A DNA stretch of 64,000 nt from Felis catus (taxonomy: Eukaryota): assembly GCF_018350175.1 (NCBI RefSeq), contig NC_058368.1:119972001-120036000 (forward strand), read 5' to 3'. The notes below the pieces were generated by a model. It had not been told where the DNA came from. It saw only the letters and a program-made list of their open reading frames with translations, and made no database searches. Every line of letters starts with the position of its first letter. The first letter of the stretch is position 1. Both the position numbers and the translations under genes were made by a program. This document shows, in pieces, positions 48,961-62,532 of the stretch.

Positions 48961-49713
48961 AAGACAGCTGGGTTTACATGTTCATTGCAACACAAGGAAC
49001 TAATGGCCAAGGTATAACCTTTGTTTTTAACATGGGTCTTTATAGCTATAAATTTCACTCTGAGCACTGTTTAAACTGAATCATTTGTTTTGGTAAGTTT
49101 TCATTGTTATTGAAATCAAAGCATTGTTAAATTTCTCGTGATTTCCTTGATCCACTGGTTATTTAGAAATTTATTACTAACTTACCACATGGTTGTGAAT
49201 TTTCCAAATTTCCTTCTGTTAATGATGGCTGATTTCATTCCATGGTGGTTGGAGAACATCTTTTGTGTGATTTCTAACTTACTAAAGGTTTGATTTGTTG
49301 TATGGCCTAACGTATGGTCTATATCCTGTATGTGGTTCCATGGACCCTTAAGAAAGTATGTTTTCTGTTGGCTGGAGTGTTAATTTCTTACTAATTTCTT
49401 GTTAATAATGTTATTAAAGTCTTACATTTCCTTGCCTATCTTCTGTCTGGTAGTTCTCTCCATTATTATAAATAGGGGTATTCAAGTCTCCAGCTATTAT
49501 TTTTGAATAACCTATTTCTTCTAGAATCTGTTTTAAAAGGCAGTTGCTTTTGCCTATGACAAACAAAACAACCAGCATTTGTTTGCAAATACCTACAAAG
49601 CATTGCACATCATTTGTTACTGAACTTTACCTTCAGAAGGGGAACCTTAAGGTTTCTTAAGAAATACTGCTCTTTGAGTTCTTTAGGTAGGAAACTTAAG
49701 AAATAATATACTT

Positions 49714-49813
49714 GGGGCACCTGGCTGACTCAGCAAGTAAAGCATGCAACTGTTGATCTCAGGGTTGTAAGTTCAAGCCCCATGGTGGGCATAGAGATTA
49801 CTTTTTTAAAAAA
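49714..49813 (+). mobile_element. Short old-type CanSINE
   Basis: ggggcacctggctgactcag...gggcatagagattac. Confidence 0.9.
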
Positions 49814-51015
49814 GTAATATTTTTCACCCTTTCTTTTAATAGTTGAGGAAAAAAGTGATACTTAAATAAAATACCTTGACCAGGTTGGAACTGGTGAAGC
49901 TAATGCTTGAATTAAGTTTTGTTCACTTAAAATCCTGTATGCTTTCCACTGTGCTGTGGTGTGATCTTCCCATATCCCCATTCCCCATGCATCAGGATAA
50001 TGGCTCCATAACTTCTCTTCGTGGACAGAGCCCCATCCACCTTTCTTTTCCTTCAGTCCACCAGGTCCTTCTCTTTTTCAGCCTACTGATTTTGGCAGAG
50101 TCCATTCCATGTCTGGCTCCTACCCAAGAATCTACATCATTAGCTTACCTCTTGGAATGGTGTCTTCTTTTGTTTTTTTGGCCAAGGGCCAACAATTTCT
50201 GGTGATAGTAGCCAGACCTGCCCACCTGTCCATTCAAACCCTGCCAGCTTGGTAGTATACATTTCTGCCAACCACCTGCATTCATTCCTCTTCTGCCAAA
50301 GCACCTCTGTCCCAATCCCAGCTCCCGATCAACTATTCTCTTGGAACACTCGAGAGGAACATGGCAGGCTAGAATTATATAGCAGGAATTTTTCAAAATC
50401 ATTGCATGGAAATAAATGATAAAAATCTGGATCTAACTACTGAGGACTAAATAGCTGAATGGAAAGTGAAGAGTCAGTCAGCTATTTGTTTATAATCTGC
50501 ATTAAGCCAACAAAAGAAAAAAATGGCTGATTTTCTTGGTGAATTAGCCAGATGTTTCCATGTCATGTAGATTTATGATGGTTCAGAGGAAAGGGGACAT
50601 TTGACCTACACGCAATCCACTTTGGGTTGTTGCAGAAAAAGTCTGAGGTTTGAATTTGATGATAGGGAAATCTCAGGGACTTAGGTCTATATGTAGAGCA
50701 AGAGGAAGACCAGGGGCTTGGTTTGGCTCCACAATGAGAGTTTGGAGTGCCAGAAGTGAGAGAAAAGATAGCCGATTGAAAAGGGACATGAACATTTTGC
50801 CAGGGCATATAGTTTTCATTTTTGTATAGATCTCTTTGTTAGGCACCCTCTTTGACAAGTAAATTGATGTTACATTTACATAGACCAGTATATGTGACAG
50901 AATATGAAACTTGTACCTGAAGTATTGCTCACAGAGCAAGAAATAGATCCAAGGGATGAGATCACTTTAAAGTCCAGATAGATGGCTAAGATTTTTTAGG
51001 CAGAACTTGTTTGGG

Positions 51016-51041
51016 GTGTGTGTGTGTGTGTGTGTGTGTGT
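51016..51041. repeat. (GT)n microsatellite
   Basis: About 13 GT units. Confidence 0.95.
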
Positions 51042-52004
51042 ATTTTCTGGCAGGGAGACATTTTTGGAGAGCTTTTGGAATATACACAAAGAACAACTTG
51101 AGGATTCAATAGTTTAGTGTCTTTGTCTTTCAAAGTTGGTTTATCATCCTTTGATCCCTGCTTCCTCACACTGACTTGATTCTGAGGCAGTTAAGGAACA
51201 CTGAAGGCAAAAAAAATCCTTACTTTGTGGGTGTTTGTGGGATAAATATGGCCACTGATAATTCTAGGATTACATGTACCTTAGAAATAGGATCTCTGTG
51301 AAACACTTGCAGCAAGAGTCCCTTCTTGGGAATGTCCTTCCTGGGTTCCATGATTGGCCAGGCCCTGAGTCATCGCTCATTCACAGAGCTGGTGGAATAG
51401 GGTAGGCCTCAAAGATGGTGGGAACTGGCATAGTCAGGAGGAATAGCACACTCAAAGGGAATGTGCACAGTATGGAATGGCACCTGCCTAGAGCGAGTGA
51501 GCACCTGCCTAGAGCGGTGCCCAGGGATCAATCAGACGAGTGATGAGAGGTAGCACTCCCTCCACATTGGAAGGGCAATATGGCAACAGATGAAAAAAAC
51601 TGCCAGGCCCCAAATTTCTGAATTTTTTTCTCTTTTCACATAAGTAAGAGAAATTCTTGGTCATTTTAGGCAGCAGAAAATTGTACATGTGCTTGAGAGA
51701 GATTATTTTGGTCAGAACTTATAAGATGAATTGGGGAAAGGAAGCATTAGTGACATAGATTCTAATTAGAGATTCTTGGTAGCCTCATGGTGGGAGACAA
51801 CAGATATAATATTCTGAATTGTTCTTCTTAATAGTGACTACAAAACCAAGGCAGTGGACAATTCAATCATTATTTATATTGAGCTTTAAAACTAGTAGTC
51901 GTTCTTTGAGCTTTTGTTTTTTGTGTGTGACTTCTTGGAGGGGATGTAGGCACTTCCTATGAATAAGTTTTGACTTAAGATCAATGTAAGAAATATTTAT
52001 GAAC

Positions 52005-52312
52005 TTTTTTTCAGCTTTAGTGACTTATAATTGACAAAATTTATGGTCCTTAAAGTGGATATCCTGATGACTTGGTACACATACACATGGTAAAAGGAAT
52101 CCTCTCATCTAGTTAATTAACACACATCATCTTGTGAAAAACATGTATATATTTGAGAATGTTAAAGTTCTACACTCAGGAAATTTTGATTATGCAATAG
52201 TGTTATCAATTATACTCACCATATTACACATTTGATACTCAGACCTTATTCATTTTAATGTTGAAAATTTGTGCCCTTTAAACAACCTCTTCCTATTTCC
52301 CCCATACTGCCC
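52005..52312 (-). mobile_element. L1MA9-like 3' end fragment
   Basis: cagctttagtgacttataattgac...tagttaattaacaca...ctcagaccttattcat. Confidence 0.75.
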
Positions 52313-54865
52313 TAGAAATATTCATTAATTCTTGTGTGCTAAGTGCTGCTCTGTGTTTCCTGGGATTAAAAAAAAATAATAAGTATGGGCCCTCAAAGAG
52401 CTTTAAATACAGCTAATGAGAATAAAAATGAATTCGCCACATAAAAGAAAAATACAAGAGAGACTGTGGCCTATGTTCTTTGCACACTTCCCATTGTAGC
52501 ACACAGCAGGTAGTTGAAAAGTAGGAGAACGAAGGTGACCAGAAGGCTGCTATGGTCACATGGAAATTACCCATTTGCAGCTGCACTTAGAAGATTAATG
52601 AAGAAATGGGTGTACATAGAAAACATCTAAATGACTATATTTTTACATTTGGAAACTGCTGGTGACATAGGCCCACACCATCTGTTGGCTTGGCAGCTGT
52701 GACAGTTGACAACATTGCTCAGCAGAGAAGCCAGTGTTCGCTTTTGGGAGGATAAACACACAATTAAGCCTGGCTGGGAAGGCTTGTGAACAAGTGGTTA
52801 GAGGGGCTAGCCCAGAATCGACTTCCTTGATTTTTATACCCACCCAAGGCTTGGAACTTTGAAAATTCCACCTCGGCACAACTTTCTTATTTCTCTTCAC
52901 CCCAAATAAACCTAGTCTCAACCCGAAGCCCATAAGGCCTTTCTTACCGAGGTTCTCACGCCTCTCAGCTGTCTTCGTTCCCTTATCTGTTTTTTGTTTT
53001 TACCTTCAACGATTGCAAAATCCATTTTGCCAACTTCTAATTCTGAACAAGCTGTTTCATTTTCTTGAAACACCTAGGTTTCTAGCGAGATAAATGTGAA
53101 TGAAATTGCTGAGTTGTTTTGTTCTAATTTCACACAGACAAGATACTAACATTACAAATCTCAATTCCTTATGTGTAATTCTAATGTCAAAAGAAGTTTT
53201 GGAAATGAAACTTTTTTTTACTATGTATTTGGTGGCTACACTGATGTGGCTTGCACTAGTTTGTCAACAACTGGAACTGGCCTGAGGCTGTTTATTTATG
53301 TATTCTTCTTAATCAGAAGATTAATATTTCACTGAAGAAATATGATTACAAGATGATTTCCTTGGCCTTATTTGGGTTGGTACGTAACAGATGTTATTCT
53401 TGCACTATTAAGTCTCTAAAAGAAATTTCGAATTCTGAAGCACATAAAAACCTAGGTATTTTACTTAAAGAATTGTGGACCCATACCCCCTTAATTTTAT
53501 GGGTTATAAATAATTCCACCTGTGCTACCTTCATTACTGCTTAAGGCAATCCTGAGATGTAATGAAAGCATGATTGCAAGCATTTTCAAAGACTGAGGTT
53601 TAAACATGTAGGTCTCCGGTCACATAATTAATCACAGAGAGAACAAGGATTTGAAGCTAGGTTTTCTTTTCTAGTCCCTTAGTACTTATTCAGATTTTTT
53701 TCTTTCGTTAAACAGTTACAGCTTTTTTTATTATAAAATTAATTGAAAGTTTTCATTAAAAGTCAAATGTGAGTAGAAAGAAAAGATTCAAAAATGCAGC
53801 TTTGAGATAACATTGTTGTTAATATCCTATTACTCTTTTGTTCATTTACAATATATTTAAACATTACTGAGATAAAACCATATATAATGGTTGGTATTCT
53901 GATTTATTGGTCATTTAAATTTTATACATGTGTTCTCATAACATTAAATTATTTTCTGCATCATGATTTTTTTTTTAAGTCTCTGGCACAGAGAATTCAG
54001 GGCACATTTTTATTGTCAAAATTGTTCCTCTTGTTCCTGACCACCAATCATTTTTAACCCTACTCCTCCCTCAACCCACAAACACACCCATTCTACTATG
54101 TTGGGTACATGGCCCTGGATATATGGGTATTCTTTTGAGTGCCATAAAAGAAAATAAGTTACCTGTATGTTTTCCCCATTGAAATATTTTTCAGACTGCT
54201 TGTAAGTGCTTCATAGTATTTATAATAATCATCCATTACATTTGATTTTTTTCATTCCTCAACTGATAGACACTGTATCATTATAAACCATGCTGTGAGG
54301 AATACCCTTGAACATGTTCCCTTATGAGAGAATTTCTCAGGGTTGTATCCCCAGAGTGTGATTTCTCCATCAAAAGACATATGGAAATTGAATTTCTATA
54401 AATAATACCAGATACTTTGGGGAGACAACTCTTCCAGATAAGCCTCCCATAAGCAGTGCTTAAAGTTCTGATTTTCTTGCATTAAATCTAGGTGTGATCA
54501 AAGTTTTGAAACTTGTTTAAATCTAAATATTAATGTGAGTTATCTTTATTTTCATAAGATGATAGTGAATTTGAGAAAATCTTCATAATTCTAATTATCC
54601 ATTTATGATGTTTAGAAATTGCTTGTTCATGCTGTTTGCACATTTTGAAATGGATTTCTATCTTTTTATTTCAGTAGCTTATATAAATATGACAAAATAT
54701 TCTATTTTATTGAAGTATTAAATTTATTACCTATTTCCTATCATATAATATTTTAATAATATCTACCTGCTACCATTTTATATAATGCTGGGATGAGAAT
54801 TCTAGCATATTTGTATATACTTTCAGTTCTTAAATACTTTATTTTAAATAAAAGTACTGAAATTC

Positions 54866-55084
54866 GGGGCGCCTGGGTGGCGCAGTCGGTTAAGCCTCCG
54901 ACTTCAGCCAGGTCACGATCTCGCCGTCTGTGAGTTCGAGCCCCGCCTGGGGCTCTGGGCTGATGGCTCAGAGCCTGGAGCCTGTTTCCGATTCTGTCTC
55001 CCTCTCTCTCTGCCCCTCGCCCGTTCATGCTCTGTCTCTCTCTGTCCCAAAAATAAATAAAACGTTGAAAAAAAAATTAAAAAA
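54866..55084 (+). mobile_element. Young felid SINE (SINEC_Fc type)
   Basis: Young-type head; TSD aaaagtactgaaattc. Confidence 0.97.
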
Positions 55085-56511
55085 AAAGTACTGAAATTCA
55101 ACTATGAATTTGTTTAAAGTGTTAAGCAATTACTTGAAAAATAAAGTGTTAAGTAATTACTAATTAGTTTATATCAGCTTAGCACAGTGTATGGCATTTC
55201 CTATTTCTCCAAACTCCTGGCAACTTTTCAGTCTTTATCTGAATAATTACTAGTGAAACCAGTTTTAGTTAGCAAGTCTTCAGTAACTAATACATTGAAC
55301 ATGAGAGTGCCATCAAACTTCTGGTGTCTATTCACTTACTAGTACTACAGAGTTTTAATTATAGTACATTTAAGACCTGTTTTTATACACTATAGACCTG
55401 ATCGCCATTGTTACTTTTTTTTTTCTTTTTGAAATTTTCCTGGATGTTCTTGCCTCTTAATTTTTGTGATTGAATTTTAGAATTACTTTTTCTAGTTTCT
55501 CCTCACCAAAATTTTACTGGGTTTTTCTTAGTTGTGTTTAGGATTTTTCTTAAGTTTTTAGATCAATTTAGAAAGGACCCACTTTTTATAGGTTGAGTCT
55601 TCCTATATGAGAACATGGCATCCCTTTAAATTAAAGTCGCTTTTACATCTTTTAAGATGCTTTAAATTTTCTTCATATCGATTCTACACACTTCTTAGCT
55701 TATTCCTAGGTATTAACCTTCTTTGAAGGGACAGAAGAGTTGACATTTTAAATGGGATTTATTCTTCCATTATAAATTCTATCTTATTGTTTGTATAACA
55801 AGACTACTGATTCCCTGTATTAATTTTGTGTAGTACCTCCTTATTAAATTCTCCATGTCTGTAATTGGTTCCAGTTAATTTGCTTACAATATCATTATTT
55901 GCAATAATAGCCTCTTCAAATATTGGCAATTTTTGACTCCTTCCTATTATTTTTTGTATCTCTCGTTTTAGTTCGCTAATTTCAGTTTTAATCCTCCAAA
56001 ACAATGTTAAATAATAATGATGGCTATGGAATCTTTTATTTGGATTCCTGATTTTAAGGGAGAATGTTTCAAGTACTTACTATGTAAAATGTTGACTTTA
56101 GTGTTGCGATGGTTGTAATTTATGATGTTAGGCAGTAGGCATTTTGTTCCTATATTATTAAACACAATTTCTATTAAAAATAATTTTGGATTTTTAATTT
56201 TTTAGCATCTATGCAAATAAGCATAATTCATCTTTTTAGACAAGTTATGTATTTTAATGTGTTGAAGTTTAACTACACTTGAATTTCTCAAATCAAGTCA
56301 TTTGGTCATGGTACATAAATATTTAAATGTGTTGCTGGGTCCTGTCAGTTAATATTTAAGGATTTTTAAATGACATTTTAAAGTAATGTTTGTGTATAGA
56401 ATCACTTTGTCTAACGTTTCTGAATCGTTATCAAGGTTATATTCATCTCACAAATAGGAGGTTTTCTTACTTGCCTATGTTCTAGAAAACTGTAAATAGC
56501 ATTGTTATTGT

Positions 56512-56512
56512 T

Positions 56513-56560
<48 letters not shown>
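56512..56560. repeat. (CT)n microsatellite
   Basis: About 20 CT units. Confidence 0.95.
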
Positions 56561-56563
<3 letters not shown>

Positions 56564-57439
56564 CCCCCAAATATTTTGTAGAACTTGGCTCTGAAACTTG
56601 TAATAAGTATGGTGCTTTTTGGGCCGATAATATTTGGTCAACTTCCTGTCTGTCTTTCCCTAGCAATGGCTCTCAACTGGGAATAGTTCTATTTGGACCA
56701 AGAGGTGGGCAGGTGGTTCAGAATGTAAAATTTTTTCTTTAAGAGAGATAAACTCATTTGCAAACATGAGGTTTACTCATTTGATGAGTTTCTATATGTG
56801 TGCTGTTTTCTCTGGATGGTTGATGGGTATTTCATCTGAGGAAACCTCTCCAACCTGTCCATGTGCCCTTTTGGACCAATGTAGACCAAGGACAGAGATG
56901 TTGGACCCATGTGTGCCTCCTCTCGCCTTCGGGAGAGTAGTTTGAGCCATTGACTATCTATCTGAGGCCATGACTTAACTCCATGATTTCTTGCTTTCTC
57001 TGTGAGGCTTTGGCAGTCCTTTGGCACAACTTGAGAACAGAGGCTTTAGCTGTCTTTTAAACTGAAAGTAGAATGTGCACATTCTCTTTTGCTTTTAGGT
57101 AACTTCTCAGAAGAGAGGTATTGGAATGCTTGCTTAATGACTTGGTTTTGAAACAAACAGTGATTAAAAAGCATTTTTCTGTGGTTTTTTAAATTCCAAA
57201 TAAATTTGCAATTTAGAAAAATGTTCTTGTGCATTTCTTATTTTGGGGACTTAGTGTATTATGAAGAACATGTTAAATTTTATCAGTGCTATTATACAAT
57301 GTATCAAGATTATAAAATTTTTAAGTCTTTTGACCTATTCATGCAATAAAATATATTTGTATACATTTAAAGTTAAACCTCTTGCATTCATTAAAATAAA
57401 TCTATTTAAAAGGTAACAATAACCAAAGATAATATTATC

Positions 57440-57650
57440 TACTCATACACACTCAATAAATACTACTAAACACTTTGTATTATCTTTTTAAATCCTCACC
57501 ATGATGCTATGTAGTCAGTACTGTTAATGTTTTAGGGTTGAAGAAATGGAGGCTCACTGAGGTTAAGTCACGTAAGTTCACAAAGTTAACATTCATGGTA
57601 AACTCAGGTTGTAAACCAGGCTGACGGACCTCATAACCCACTGTTACATT
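57440..57650 (-). mobile_element. MIR fragment
   Basis: aatcctcac...gaagaaatggaggctcactgaggttaagt motifs. Confidence 0.6.
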
Positions 57651-59879
57651 ATTTTAATGTACTAGTAGATTAAACTTACTGACAATTTATTAAATATATT
57701 AGATGTATTTCAATATACCAGTAAGATTTGGTGTAATGATATTTTAAGAACGGAAAGAAAAAAAATGAAATGCTGAAGTTTAGTTGTATGAGGTGATGGA
57801 GAGTGGGGGTTGTCCCTGTCTTAAATAAGCAATTGTTACCACTTATAAAACCATTTAAGAACAGTGATGAATGTCAGAGGCAATTATTCAACATCTTTTT
57901 CTGTGGTTCAGGGGATCCATTTTTTTCTTTTCAGGTAGATTTTCATAATTTTATTTTTATAGAACTTGTTCTTTTTATTTAAATTTTCCATATTCGTTTA
58001 AAACTATATATTTCAGTACACACAATAAGTACCTACCTATATAATATACATCTAGATATATAGATAAATATATACATACTCAATATGTGTGATCACAATT
58101 TTCTCTATTGGCTTCATGCTCTTTTCTTGATTTCAGCAGACCTAAGACATTACTGTACCCACCCAAAAAACACCTCTTAGACCCCTATATGATGTCTTGG
58201 CTTTTGTTTGAATGTACTTGGTTAAATTTGAATTAATGTTCTTTTCGTCTAATATTTAAATGTTTCTTTTCTCAATCTTGAAGTTAGAAGTTGCTTAATT
58301 CAAAGGTATGAATTTCTTTGAGCTTTATCGATTTTCTGTATTACAGTAATATTATTGTCCTAATTTTCTAAATATCTTATAATTACAGTTTTGATTTTGC
58401 CCCTTTTAAAACGGTTTCTTTGTTAGGTCTCAAAAATATACTTTTATTTTTTAATTCTGCCTTTATTGGATGGTTATTAGAGAAAGAAGTATATAATTTC
58501 TACCTTTGAGAATTTATTCAGGTCGTATTATTGCCGAAGAATATAATCAATTTTGGTATATGTTCCATAATCTTTGGAAAATAAAGTAGATTCTTGGCAA
58601 AAAAAAAACCCACAAACAAACAAAAAAACCCAAAAAACCTGTTCCATACATAATTATGTATTATATTTGAATTGTCTGTGTATTGTTTACATATATTATT
58701 TTTTCTGCTTGTTCTGTCAAAAGCAGAGAATGGTATATTAAATTTTCCTACTACTTTTGTGCTTCTGACAATTTACTTCTATAATTCTGGCAGTTTTTGA
58801 TTACTATATTTGAATTTGATTTTCTCTACTTGAAGGTTCATGACTCACATCTTTAATGTCCTTACTGTTTTTAACTCTTGTCAATATAAATTACTCCTTT
58901 TCCCCCCTTTTCCTTTGATTTAAATCTTACTTGAATAATTTTGCCAACCCATTTTTTCCCCCTCTGATAGGTCTTTATAAGTTCTTGTATTTGAATCCTG
59001 GTCACCAAACCCCCACATCTGTAATTCTTTTTCTTTTAGTAGGAGATAGAATTCATTTAAAATTATACAGATGGCTGATAAAGTTGAGTCTCCTTACAGT
59101 CATTTTCATGACATTTACTTTTTTGTTCATGGTTTTTCTCCTTCCATAGCTTTATTATGTGTCTCTCATACACAAACACAGATGTTTTTGCTTTTCTTTT
59201 ATTAAGGTAATTTGTTACTTTTTTTTAAGGAGGGGGTAAAGAGTCATCTCAAGTAATTGGAACAGTCACCCTTAGCAGTACATCAACATTGAGTCCCTAA
59301 TGGTAGGCTCCCTCAGAATTGTAAAGCACCCTGGAGTTGCTGAGGGGATCTTCCTTAAGAAGTCAGATGAAAAACTCACTTGTCCAGAGGGATGTGTTTC
59401 TGAGTCCAGCAGGAGGTAGCCTGCAGCCTGTTCTGTATTGGCATTCTGAAGAAGGATGAGGACTGCTTTCTGGAAGGTGGTTATACAGACCCAGACAGCA
59501 GAGTGCTCAGAGCTGTAACCTTAGGAACCCAAACCAGGAGTACCTTGCCAGGTCCTGCCTTGATAATGCTCTGGGAAGAATCTACAGTTGGTACAGCAAT
59601 CCCTCCCAGTGATGGGTGAGAACCTTTTTCAGATTGCTAATAACCACTCAGAGCTGTGGTCAACACACCTTACTTCAGGGCATTCTCTATTAGGTATGTA
59701 GTAAACTAACCCTCTTGGGTGTGAGTAAAGCCCTCAAGTTGGTAGATTACTGGGGAGAAGAGAGTCTCAAAAGGGGACAGTGGAACCTCCTGCCAGTTGG
59801 GTATTTGTTGGTAAGAGTAATTGGGAAAAAAATGTATGTCACTGTATCTAAACCCCAAGTTTCTGGAAAGGTTAGGTCA

Positions 59880-59916
59880 TTTTTTAAACTTAAAAAAAAA
59901 ACTTTATTCATTTTTC

Positions 59917-59958
<42 letters not shown>

Positions 59959-60150
59959 CGCACAGGTGCACCAGCGGGGAGGGGAAGAGAGAGGGGTAGA
60001 CACAGAATCTGAAGCAGGCGCCAGGCTCTGAGGTGTCAGCACAGAGCCCCATGTGTGGGGCTTGAACTCCCTAACCATGAGATCATGACCTGAGCCAAAA
60101 CCAGGAGTTGGATGCTTCACTGACTGAGTCACCCAGTCATATGACGCCCC
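59880..60150 (-). mobile_element. CanSINE
   Basis: Full body with (GA)n; flanks aggtcat on both sides. Confidence 0.94.
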
Positions 60151-60256
60151 AGGTCATATTTAATTCTAATTATGGCTACTTCGAAATAAAAACAAATTTT
60201 TAAAGTTACATTTATTTACTAAGACTGATACTAAAATTTAAATAATTGACTATGAT

Positions 60257-60378
60257 GAGGTACCTGGCTGGCTCAGTTGGTAGAACATGTGACTCTTAAT
60301 CTGAGGGTCACTTTGCACTTGGAGCCGACAAAATAAATAATAAATGAATAAAAGAATGAATGAATGAATGAATGAATG
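60257..60378 (+). mobile_element. Short or internally deleted old CanSINE with (AATG)n tail
   Basis: cctggctggctcagttggtagaacatgtgactcttaatct head. Confidence 0.8.
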
Positions 60379-61019
60379 TGTAACATAAGAATTTTAGAAT
60401 CATACAGTTTACATTCTAAAGCCATATTGCCCGAAATTATTTCAATGTTACCTTGTTTAATTTAGTTATATTGCACACACTTCAGCCTCATTTTATAATC
60501 ATTCCCTTCTCGAGATGACTATTTTGCTTTATATCTGCAGTGCTGTTATATAGCTTCAAGTAATTTGTTTTTTAAGAAGAGTATTTTGGGTGTTATACAA
60601 GTAGAATCTCTTTTCTTGTCATCTATTTATAGGTGAGATCTTTTTATTCTTGAAATAATTGCAAAAGTTTTTTTGGTCTCCAGTTTGTACAATACTTATG
60701 GTACTTGATACTTATAGTACTTGGTTTTACTTAAAAAAACTGTTCATTTGTCACTTTGTATCCTTCCTCAAGTTAGCAAAGTTTTCTTCTATTATTTTCT
60801 TTTGCTGCTTGCTCTTTCCCTTTTGTTTCTTAATTATCATCTTTGTCTTATTTTTCTATTCTCCATCTCTTTTTGATTCTTCATATAAATCTATTTTTCA
60901 TGTCTTTCATCATGTTAATATTTTTTGGCATCATTATAAATTTTTTGAATTTTTCATGTATGTTGTGAATTTATGGGAGGTATCTAACCTGTGGTTTATT
61001 CTAATATTAAAACAATGTA

Positions 61020-61238
61020 GGGGCCCCTGGATGGCTTGGTTGGTTAGGTTTCTGACTCTTGATTTTGGTTTAGGTCATGATCTCATGGTTGGTGAGTTCA
61101 AGCCCCACATCAGGCTCTGTGCTGACAGTGAAGAACATGCTTGGTATTCTCTCTCTTTTCTCTCTCTCTCTCTTTCTCCTGTTCCTCCCCCACTTGAGCT
61201 CTCTCTTTCTTAAAATAAATAAATAAACTTTTTAAAAA
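61020..61238 (+). mobile_element. CanSINE (diverged)
   Basis: Head, CT tract, tail. Confidence 0.92.
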
Positions 61239-62063
61239 GATCATGTTCACTTAAAAAGTGTTTATAAAAGTCTTTACTGATTATAGAAGATGTTTCACAG
61301 ATAAAACAGTCTCTGAAATCTTTTAGGAATAATACAGAATTCTTTAAAATGCTTTGATTTTTGCTATGTTAGAGGGGTTTCCTGTGATTTCTTTTTATAA
61401 GGTGATATTCTTTTTCTGAACTGCACTTCAAATTTAGAGTATTTCCTCAGTTGGAAGCAAGTCAGGTAATTTTTTAATTTTTCTGTTGAAGTCATATTTT
61501 CTGGAAGTCCTGCCTCATTACCATCCCTTCAAAGTCTGCGTCCTGCAATACCATGTTTCCTGTTCTCTCATTTAGGGCATTTATCTGGGATTGAGTGGAG
61601 AAGTCCTTCAGGTCTTCTCCAGGAAACCATATCTCATGAGAGAAGTCATCAACAGTTACCCTTTCTACCTGTATTCTGTCACTTTCTGAAGATCACCTAC
61701 CAAAATCACCTAGATTACCTAGAAATTCCTTGATTTTTTTTTTCTGGCACCTTTCTTATTTCAATTTCTGGTCAGAAGTTTTCCCTATTAAAAAATCCAT
61801 ATGAAATATTTATCTAAATGGGGGAACAAGGTACCAGCACTTGTGTGTAATATATGCTATGCAATACTTTATAATGTGATATATTACATTACATTGTATC
61901 TTATATAATGCACTATATACACAAAACAAGCTATACACATAATATAGTTTTCATAAACTGATATCCTTCGTTAAGCTCTACCATGATAGCATAGAGACTG
62001 TTTATTCCAGATGTTTCTTAATCACTTTAAGACCCCAGAACACTAATACAATCCAGTGTGACC

Positions 62064-62182
62064 TCCCCCAGCTGTCAACACAGAGCCTGACATGGGGCTC
62101 AATCCCATGAGCTGTGAGATCATGACCTGAGCTGAAATCAAGAGTCAGACACTTAACTGACTGAGCCACCCAGATGCCCAAC
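62064..62182 (-). mobile_element. CanSINE lacking its 3' half
   Basis: Head and body to gctgtc; no CT tract or tail. Confidence 0.88.
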
Positions 62183-62532
62183 ACTTTAGGGAAACATTCT
62201 GAAGGTTCTCTTAATATTCACATATCCTGTGAAAGTTTTACAATGCAAAAATACTTGATAGCAAGATATTTGTAAATTTCTTTCAAGTTCCATTCCTTTC
62301 CCCTCCAGAAGAGTAATGTTGAAAGTGTGTAAGCAGTACACAGAGGTGACCTTAATGTTTTTGTTTTTCATCTTTCCCAGGTAACCATGTTCTGAGATTT
62401 ACCTATTCCTTATGACTGATTGAAATTGAAAAATGACACTTTCCATCTTTCAAAAGAGTTCTGTAGTTCTTTGCAACATCCCCTTCTAGCTAGCAAATTA
62501 TCCAAATTGGTAATTTTGATTAAATCTCTGGT

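Larger units (their letters stand above)
46375..49530 (-). mobile_element. Fragmented old L1 ORF2 region (pieces ~46375-46630, 47370-47540, 48450-48620, 49020-49530) with younger insertions
   Basis: ORF 49414-49608 contains the endonuclease motif IIAGDLNTP; T-rich antisense L1 texture. Confidence 0.65.
53715..61500 (-). mobile_element. Long, highly decayed antisense L1 (L1ME-like), fragmented by later insertions
   Basis: Extended T-rich tract with recurring L1 antisense motifs (e.g. tgagtcttcctatatgagaacatggc, aatgttaaataataatga...cctgattttaaggg, ggtatattaaattttcctact); boundaries approximate. Confidence 0.55.

Noticed and set aside
59260..59830. GC-richer island inside the decayed L1, possibly an old LTR
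   Set aside because: No clear TG...CA ends or TSD; insufficient support to annotate.
60659..61213. Longest ORF in the track (184 aa, hydrophobic)
   Set aside because: It runs through T-rich antisense L1 relic into a SINE and has no recognisable domain.
367..62184. Dozens of 60-150 aa ORFs with motifs like MAQSVKRPT, GSGHDLMV, SLSLSLSK or ERERER
   Set aside because: They are translations of CanSINE bodies and CT/GA tracts, not genes.
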